The notes under the pieces: generated by a model | Seen by the model: the letters and a program-made list of their open reading frames with translations, nothing else | Databases searched by the model: none | What the model was told of the DNA's origin: nothing | Translations under genes and position numbers: made by a program | Part shown: positions 58,168-64,000 of the stretch, one piece after another | How positions within the stretch are numbered: the stretch's first letter is position 1 | Layout: every line of letters starts with the position of its first letter | DNA from: an uncultured bacterium | GTDB taxonomy: Bacteria; Bacillota; Negativicutes; Acidaminococcales; Acidaminococcaceae | DNA: 64,000 nt | Direction: 5' to 3' | Assembly (NCBI GenBank): GCA_905215645.1 | Contig: CAJMQS010000002.1 | Location: forward strand, 65,186-129,185

Positions 58168-60015
58168 ATGGACAAGATTGCAGTCCTAAAAAAGTATTTT
58201 GGATACACTTCTTTCCGTCCGGGACAGGAGGTCCTGATCGATGCCCTGCTCCAGGGCCGGGATGTACTGGGGATCATGCCCACCGGGGCCGGCAAATCTC
58301 TCTGCTACCAGGTCCCGGCCCTGCTTTTTCCTGGGATCACCCTGGTCATCTCGCCGCTGATCTCTCTGATGCAGGATCAGGTCCAGGCACTGGAAACGGC
58401 TGGGATCAAAGCAGCCTACATCAACAGCGCTCTTTCCGGCCGGGAATTCTATACCACCCTGGAACAAGCCCGTGCCGGAGCCTATAAGATGATCTATGTA
58501 GCACCTGAGCGATTGGAAACCGAGCTGTTCCGGGATTTTGCCAAAGAGGCGGATATCTCCATGGTGGCCGTGGACGAAGCCCATTGCATCTCTCAGTGGG
58601 GGCAGGACTTCCGTCCCAGTTACACCCGGATCCTGGATTTCCTGGAATTCCTTCCGGAGCGCCCCGTGGTAGGCGCTTTTACAGCCACTGCTACGGAACA
58701 GGTACGGGATGACATCCTGCAAAGCCTGGAGCTGCATCATCCCCGGATCCTTGTCACTGGATTCGACCGGGCCAATCTGTATTTCGGCGTGGAACATTCT
58801 CAGGATAAGGATGCCTGGGTCTTCCGGTATCTGAAGGACCATCCGGAGGACAGCGGCATCATCTACTGTTCTACTCGGAAAAATGTAGACAGCCTATATG
58901 ACAGCCTGCGTGGCAAAGGGATCCCTGCAGCCCGGTATCATGCTGGCATGAGCCAGGAAGAACGGCAGAAAGCCCAGGAGGATTTCCAGTACGACCGGGC
59001 CCAGGTCATCATCGCCACCAACGCCTTCGGCATGGGGATCGACAAATCCAACGTCCGCTATGTGCTCCACTACAACATGCCCTCCTGCCTGGAAAACTAT
59101 TATCAGGAAGCCGGACGGGCCGGCCGTGACGGAGAACCATCCCAATGCATCCTGCTGTTTTCTCCCCAGGATGTGGTCATCCAGCGCTTCCTGCTGGAAC
59201 ACAAAGAATCCAGCGAAGTCTTGGAAGAAGTGGAAGAAGCCAATCTCCGGAAGCTCTACGCCATGGAACATTATTGCCAGACCACCAGCTGTCTGCGCCA
59301 GACCCTTCTCCATTATTTTGGAGAAGCCGCTCCCGCCCGCTGCAATCACTGTTCCACCTGCAATGGAGAATACGATGAAATCGACATGACGGAAGAAACC
59401 AAGAAAATCGTCAAATGCATCCACGAAGCCCGGCGTCCTTACGGGATCACCCTGATTGCCAATACCCTGGCAGGAAGCCGCTCCACCCGGGTGGAGGAAA
59501 CGGGCCTTGCCCGGCTGCGGATGTTCGGTTCCCTCCACCAGTATTCCCTGAAAGAAATCAAAGAAATGATCCAGAACCTGCTGGACCAAGGCTATCTGCT
59601 GATTACCCGGGACAGATACCCGGTGCTGAAGATTGCAAAAAAAATCTGGGAGCTCCAGGATGCCTCCATCCGGGTGCTGCTCCGGAAGGAAGTGAGCTCC
59701 CTGCCTGATGGCAAACCCGGACGGAAAAAGAAGAAAGTCCTTCCGGAGCTGGAACTGCCGGAAGGCTTCACCCAGGAAATGGGTGCTGAACTGTTCGGCC
59801 GGCTCAAAGCCCTGCGGAAACAGCTGGCAGAAAAGGCCATGGTGCCGCCCTTTGTGGTGTTCGGGGACCGGACCCTCCATGAGATGTGCCGTCGGCTTCC
59901 CCGGACCCATGAGGAATTCCTCCAGGTCACCGGGGTAGGACAGCATAAGGATGAAAAATACGGAGATGTCTTTCTGGAAGCCATCAACGGATTCTGCAGA
60001 GAAAAAGAGGTGTGA
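58168..60015 (+). CDS. recQ: ATP-dependent DNA helicase RecQ
   Basis: DEAH helicase motifs (PTGAGKSLCYQ, DEAHC), RecQ-Ct zinc module (4 Cys), C-terminal HRDC. Start MDKIAVLKK after AGGAGG. Confidence 0.9.
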   Translation: MDKIAVLKKYFGYTSFRPGQEVLIDALLQGRDVLGIMPTGAGKSLCYQVPALLFPGITLVISPLISLMQDQVQALETAGIKAAYINSALSGREFYTTLEQARAGAYKMIYVAPERLETELFRDFAKEADISMVAVDEAHCISQWGQDFRPSYTRILDFLEFLPERPVVGAFTATATEQVRDDILQSLELHHPRILVTGFDRANLYFGVEHSQDKDAWVFRYLKDHPEDSGIIYCSTRKNVDSLYDSLRGKGIPAARYHAGMSQEERQKAQEDFQYDRAQVIIATNAFGMGIDKSNVRYVLHYNMPSCLENYYQEAGRAGRDGEPSQCILLFSPQDVVIQRFLLEHKESSEVLEEVEEANLRKLYAMEHYCQTTSCLRQTLLHYFGEAAPARCNHCSTCNGEYDEIDMTEETKKIVKCIHEARRPYGITLIANTLAGSRSTRVEETGLARLRMFGSLHQYSLKEIKEMIQNLLDQGYLLITRDRYPVLKIAKKIWELQDASIRVLLRKEVSSLPDGKPGRKKKKVLPELELPEGFTQEMGAELFGRLKALRKQLAEKAMVPPFVVFGDRTLHEMCRRLPRTHEEFLQVTGVGQHKDEKYGDVFLEAINGFCREKEV

Positions 60016-60048
60016 GACAACCCATAGGTTGTTCCACACCTCTTTTTT
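60004..60048. terminator. bidirectional terminator overlapping the recQ stop
   Basis: AGAGGTGTG...CACACCTCT stem plus T6. Confidence 0.75.
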
Positions 60049-61255
60049 AGCGAAACTGTCCATAGATCTTTCCGAAATCGATCCCGCCGATGATCTTTCC
60101 TTGGTAAGCCTTGGGCAGGGCTTCTACCACTCCCGCCAGATGGGAAGAAGTGATCCCGCACTGGATGCTGAGCCAGGCTTCCAGGAAGGCCGCCAGATGG
60201 TCGCAGCCCTTCAGCACCCGGCCGTCTACCGGGCTGTACGCATCCTTGTTGTACTGTTCCGGGATATCTCCCTCCAGCAGCCGGATCTTTCCGTTTTCCC
60301 AGATCCGGTTCTCAAACTCATGGATCGTAAAATTCAGGATGTCTTCATGCCAGCTGGCGGGGAGCAAAGGCAGCAGGATCTCTTCCATCTGCCGCTGTTC
60401 GATGTCCTTGATCAGTTCCTCCAGTCCTTCGATGGAGCGCTTGATAGGAGAAATGATGTCCCGGGTCAGGACTTCCGGCAGATCGTGCCACAGCCCTCCC
60501 AAAAAATCATTCACCAGCCGGGCTTTACAGGCCCCCATGGCTTCTCCGCAAAAATATCCCATGATGGCTACGATCAGCACATGGCCCATGACAGAAGTCT
60601 CCGGCACCCGAGGAGACTGGGACCAGCGCTTCTGGAACCGCAATTTGCCGATTAGATCCACGAACTTCCGGGTTTTCCCGTTCATGGCGATTTTCTGGAC
60701 TCCGGCCAGATTGTAATGGTCTTCGATTTCATCGGCGATCCGCTCCCGGATCTCTTCCACCCCGAAGATTCCCTGATTCATATGATAGATAATCCGGAAT
60801 TCCCACTCTGTAGCTAGATAATGAGCAGCCCGGATCAGCTGCTTTTCCAGAGGATGGCTGTCTCCATCCAGGTACTGCTGCATTTTGTCCATAAAAGCAC
60901 TGCCCTTTAAGGACGGGACCCGGCGGACCAGTTCCTTGTAGACCCATTGGTTCAGCTGATGGCCGCTTTTCCTCATGAGTTCGTGGAATACCGGCGGTTT
61001 GATATCCGTCAGCACCACCCGGTGGAGGAATTCGAAGATGCCCCCTTCCACCAGCACCTGCCAGTCCAGGCTGGCCCCATGGTCCTGTTCCTCATACCGG
61101 GCCAGCACATAGAGGATCATCATCTTATGGGCCTGCTTATCCAGTTCCGTAAAGCCCTGGGGCCGGATATGATCGTTCCAGCGCTGGATATAGGCCGCTT
61201 CAAAAATAAACTGGATCAGATCCCGGGGCAGTGGGATCCTTTTCTCTTGAGCCAT
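60047..61255 (-). CDS. tandem HD-domain phosphohydrolase (YfbR-like 5'-deoxynucleotidase-type repeats)
   Basis: Two repeats of an I/LxRW ... H ... HD-like ... LPEV pattern. Start MAQEKRIPLP after AGGAGG RBS. Confidence 0.55.
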   Translation of the reverse strand: MAQEKRIPLPRDLIQFIFEAAYIQRWNDHIRPQGFTELDKQAHKMMILYVLARYEEQDHGASLDWQVLVEGGIFEFLHRVVLTDIKPPVFHELMRKSGHQLNQWVYKELVRRVPSLKGSAFMDKMQQYLDGDSHPLEKQLIRAAHYLATEWEFRIIYHMNQGIFGVEEIRERIADEIEDHYNLAGVQKIAMNGKTRKFVDLIGKLRFQKRWSQSPRVPETSVMGHVLIVAIMGYFCGEAMGACKARLVNDFLGGLWHDLPEVLTRDIISPIKRSIEGLEELIKDIEQRQMEEILLPLLPASWHEDILNFTIHEFENRIWENGKIRLLEGDIPEQYNKDAYSPVDGRVLKGCDHLAAFLEAWLSIQCGITSSHLAGVVEALPKAYQGKIIGGIDFGKIYGQFR

Positions 61256-61360
61256 GCAAGCACCTCCTCGGACAAGTTGCCACAATCTATCATATTCCAT
61301 GGGAAATATATCCTGATTGTATCATATTTATTTCATTCCAGCCAAGGGAGTCCCTGCAGG

Positions 61361-62233
61361 CTATTTCTTCCCAGCCGCCAGTGCCAAATTCCGCAGCAGT
61401 ATCTTTTTCCCCCGCCAGGCAAAGGAACGGTCTCCGTAGGCTTCACGGAACTGCCGGTTGGTCATCGTTTCCAGCTTCTCTTTTTCCAGGCGAGGGATCC
61501 TGTCTTGGTGGAATTCCGGCAGCGGAGTTTCCTTTGCCCGGGCATTGTAGGGACAGCATTTCTGGCATTCATCACAGCCGAAAACCAGCGGAGTTTTCTG
61601 GATGATGGCGGTTTCCTCCGCCGTCAGTTCCCCCTTTTTCTGGGTCAGGTAGGATTTGCAGCGGCGGTACTCATACTGCCCGGACTGAAAACAATTCCCC
61701 GGACAGTTCCTGCTGCAGGCGCCACAGTGGAGGCATTCCCTGTGCCGAGGCGTATCCGGCACCAAGGGCAGGGTGGTCAGGACCGCCCCTACAAAACACC
61801 AGGAACCGTACGTATCGTTGATCAGGCAGCCATTATCCCCCAGGAATCCAATCCCGGCTTGGACCGCCAAGTCCCGTTCCGCCAAAGGCGAAGTATCCAC
61901 AATGGCCATCTGCTGGCTTGCCGGGGCCTGCCCCTGGAGCCAGCCGGCAATTTTCTCCAGATACAGCGGGACCACTTTGTGGTAATCGGTCAGCTGACAG
62001 TAGAGGGAAAGATTGCTTTCCTCCACCGGCGCCAGGAAATAGGGAAAGAGCACCACTACAGCTGCCCGGCAGCCAGGGAGGAGCCGGGCCAGATCGTACC
62101 GTTCAGGGCCTTTGCCAGCTGCCAGGGGACACACTTCCGGCAGGGGATCAGGCACCGGCAGCCGTCCAGGGGCGATTCCCACTTCCGTCAATCCCAGCCC
62201 CCGGCAGAAAGCTTTCAAATTCTCTTTGTCCAT
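61361..62233 (-). CDS. queG: epoxyqueuosine reductase
   Basis: DUF1730 plus 2x[4Fe-4S] (CLHCGACSRNCP, CDECQKCCP). Start MDKENLKAF after GGGGGAAG RBS. Confidence 0.8.
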   Translation of the reverse strand: MDKENLKAFCRGLGLTEVGIAPGRLPVPDPLPEVCPLAAGKGPERYDLARLLPGCRAAVVVLFPYFLAPVEESNLSLYCQLTDYHKVVPLYLEKIAGWLQGQAPASQQMAIVDTSPLAERDLAVQAGIGFLGDNGCLINDTYGSWCFVGAVLTTLPLVPDTPRHRECLHCGACSRNCPGNCFQSGQYEYRRCKSYLTQKKGELTAEETAIIQKTPLVFGCDECQKCCPYNARAKETPLPEFHQDRIPRLEKEKLETMTNRQFREAYGDRSFAWRGKKILLRNLALAAGKK

Positions 62234-62277
62234 GGTATCTTCCCCCTTACTGCATAGGGTCATTATACCATAGTCCC

Positions 62278-63588
62278 TTATAAAAACTCCTTCACATGTG
62301 CATTGATCACCTGGCCCATGATCTGTTTCATGGCCACATCTCCATGGAGTCCATCCAAGGCCATTTCCGTGGGGAGCTCCGGCCCCATGGCTTCAAAAGG
62401 TGCGGCCACGTCGATATGAGGCTGGGTGCGGATGTAGGCATTCACCTTCCGGAAGGACTCCTGCCAATCTCGGTCCGTCGGTTCATCAAAGGCCTTTCGG
62501 ATATTCCCTGGATTGATGGGAGCCAAAGTCAGCAGCACCGGTGTGATCCCGTTTTCCCGGCACAGGGCCTGCATCGTCTTCAAGTCGGCAATGACTTCGT
62601 CCGGATCCGTCCCATCCCGCAGGCTGTTGGAACCGCCCATGATCAGGAGGGTTTTCAAGCGGAAGGGCAGGACATCCCGCCTGAACCGTTCCACCATCAT
62701 TTCACTGGTATCTCCGCTTTCTGACAGATTGACCGTGGGCACCGTGAGGTAATGGGCATAGCTGTAAGCAGCATCTGCCGGGCTGAAGGAAAGGTGCCCG
62801 CCCCCGTGGGAAATGCTGTCCCCGTAGATTCCCACTTCCACCTGTCCGGAAGGTTCCAGGGAAACCTTTTCCGGCAGGCTCCATTCTCCCAGCGGACGGC
62901 CCCTGCCGTCCATCCCTCGGACCCGCCAGTAATAGGTCCCGATCCGGGGCTCTTTGTCATAGAGATCCGTCAAGGAGGTAGTTTCCGCATAGACCCGGTG
63001 CCGTGAAGGCAGGATTCCTTCCGTCTGTTCCGGCATCTGGTCAAGGACTTCCACTTCATACTGCTGGGCACCGGGCAGGGCGGTATACGAATAGACCGGA
63101 TACAGCAGATCCATCCCATTTTCCCCTTCGGTGCGGCTCCGGGGCACAGGAGCGTCCCGCAGTTCCCGTACCAGGGTCGTCTGCAGTTCTTTCGGCTGGG
63201 AATAGCTGCTGATGGGATTTCCATCCAAATCATAAGCCCGTACCCGCCAGAAAAGAGGCAGGCCGTCATCCAGGGAAGGCAGTTTGCCTTCATCCAGCAG
63301 GATCCGGTTGGTATAGATCTCTCCATCCCGGTAGACCGCTCCTTCCACCGGCTGTTCCGGATCCAGTTCCTCCGGGACCTGGGAAAAGATTTCCAGTTCA
63401 TACCGGACCGCCTGGAGATTTTCCGGCCACTGGAGCAGCCCCAGACTGAGCCCGCCCTGATTGTACCGTACCAGATAGCGGGGAACCCGATGCTGCAGGG
63501 GATTGTCCATCTGTCCCAAGAAGATCCCCGGCAGCATGGCTCCGATCAATAGCCAGCGCCAATACCCTTTTAAACTTTGCTGCAGCAT
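62278..63588 (-). CDS. secreted SGNH/GDSL-family hydrolase with N-terminal beta-sandwich domains
   Basis: Signal peptide. GDSISHGG block I, GGSN block III, DGLH block V. Start MLQQSLKG after AGGAGGGG. Confidence 0.7.
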   Translation of the reverse strand: MLQQSLKGYWRWLLIGAMLPGIFLGQMDNPLQHRVPRYLVRYNQGGLSLGLLQWPENLQAVRYELEIFSQVPEELDPEQPVEGAVYRDGEIYTNRILLDEGKLPSLDDGLPLFWRVRAYDLDGNPISSYSQPKELQTTLVRELRDAPVPRSRTEGENGMDLLYPVYSYTALPGAQQYEVEVLDQMPEQTEGILPSRHRVYAETTSLTDLYDKEPRIGTYYWRVRGMDGRGRPLGEWSLPEKVSLEPSGQVEVGIYGDSISHGGGHLSFSPADAAYSYAHYLTVPTVNLSESGDTSEMMVERFRRDVLPFRLKTLLIMGGSNSLRDGTDPDEVIADLKTMQALCRENGITPVLLTLAPINPGNIRKAFDEPTDRDWQESFRKVNAYIRTQPHIDVAAPFEAMGPELPTEMALDGLHGDVAMKQIMGQVINAHVKEFL

Positions 63589-63669
63589 CCTGCTCCCCTC
63601 CTTTTTCGTACGCCCATCATAACAGGTGTCTATGAAAAAGGAAGCACAAAGCTGTGAAGTTTTTGGCAC

Positions 63670-63706
63670 AAAAAAAGGCTGGTGCCTGGGCACCAGCTCT
63701 TTTTTT
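63670..63706 (-). terminator. terminator after gatB
   Basis: GCTGGTGCC-TG-GGCACCAGC with A7/T7 flanks. Confidence 0.8.
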
Positions 63707-64000
63707 ATTCACCCTTGATGGTCTTGATGATCAGCTTGTTCACCATGCCCGGGTTGGCTTTGCCCCGGGATTTCTTCATGACCTGGCCTACCAGGAAGCC
63801 GATGGCCTTGTCCTTGCCGGCTTTGTAGTCGGCTACAGACTGGGGATTGGCAGCGATGGCTTCGTCCACCATAGCTTGGATGGCCCCTTCGTCGCTGACC
63901 TGTTCCAGGCCCAGCTTCTTCACCAGATCTGCCGGAGCTTCATCCTTCTTCAGCATTTCTGCAAAGACTTTCTTGGCCAGTTTGCTGGACAGCACACCTT
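63705..64000 (-). CDS. gatB: Asp-tRNA(Asn)/Glu-tRNA(Gln) amidotransferase subunit B, C-terminal GatB/YqeY domain (gene continues beyond the window)
   Basis: ...LAKKVFAEMLK...ANPQSVADYKAGKDKAIGFLVGQVMKKSRGKANP... matches the GatB C-terminus. The ORF runs off the window edge. Confidence 0.7.
   Translation of the reverse strand, partial: GVLSSKLAKKVFAEMLKKDEAPADLVKKLGLEQVSDEGAIQAMVDEAIAANPQSVADYKAGKDKAIGFLVGQVMKKSRGKANPGMVNKLIIKTIKGE

Overview
This 64 kb window looks like a high-GC (~58%) spore-forming Firmicutes chromosome, probably Clostridia. Evidence for sporulation is a SpoIVB-like peptidase, bofA and mbl. Most genes sit on the minus strand. About 80% of the window is conserved core genes:
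- a full F1Fo ATP synthase operon, atpIBEF(H)AGDC
- murA and mbl
- wecB/tagO cell-wall genes
- the bofA-recR-ybaB-dnaX block, with a divergent tRNA-Ser plus SRP RNA
- tadA, metA behind a T-box leader, rlmD, gdh, recQ, queG, and the C-terminus of gatB

Interspersed are regulators (LysR, Crp/Fnr, NiaR) and transporters (two MATE, EamA, AEC, a split ChrA pair, CrcB).

The most interesting region is a minus-strand gene cluster at 38241-48053. It has a near-consensus sigma-54 promoter (TGGCAA-N5-TTGCA) about 57 bp upstream of the first gene, and a sigma-54 enhancer-binding protein (PAS + AAA+ + HTH) encoded just upstream. The six downstream genes are:
- a histidine-ammonia-lyase (HAL/PAL) family protein whose MIO-forming Ala-Ser-Gly triad reads Tyr-Ile-Ser
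- a Na+/solute symporter (SSS)
- a 180-aa unknown protein
- a 3-hydroxyacyl-CoA / L-carnitine dehydrogenase-family enzyme
- an aconitase-X (AcnX) large subunit
- a fusion of an AcnX small 'swivel' subunit to a second HAL-like domain that also lacks the MIO triad (Glu-Ala-Asp)

From sequence alone this looks like an undescribed sigma-54-controlled catabolic module built on MIO-less lyases plus an AcnX (de)hydratase. It is possibly for a betaine or hydroxy-amino-acid substrate.

Other oddities:
- atpH appears N-terminally truncated and fused in frame to atpA.
- A short dispersed repeat (TGTCAGCGGCCA / GTCAAC core) sits at four gene 3' ends.
- A family of CTGTTGCRC...GCAACAG terminator hairpins appears three times.
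- A roughly 280-bp multi-hairpin palindromic intergenic element lies at 49213-49490.
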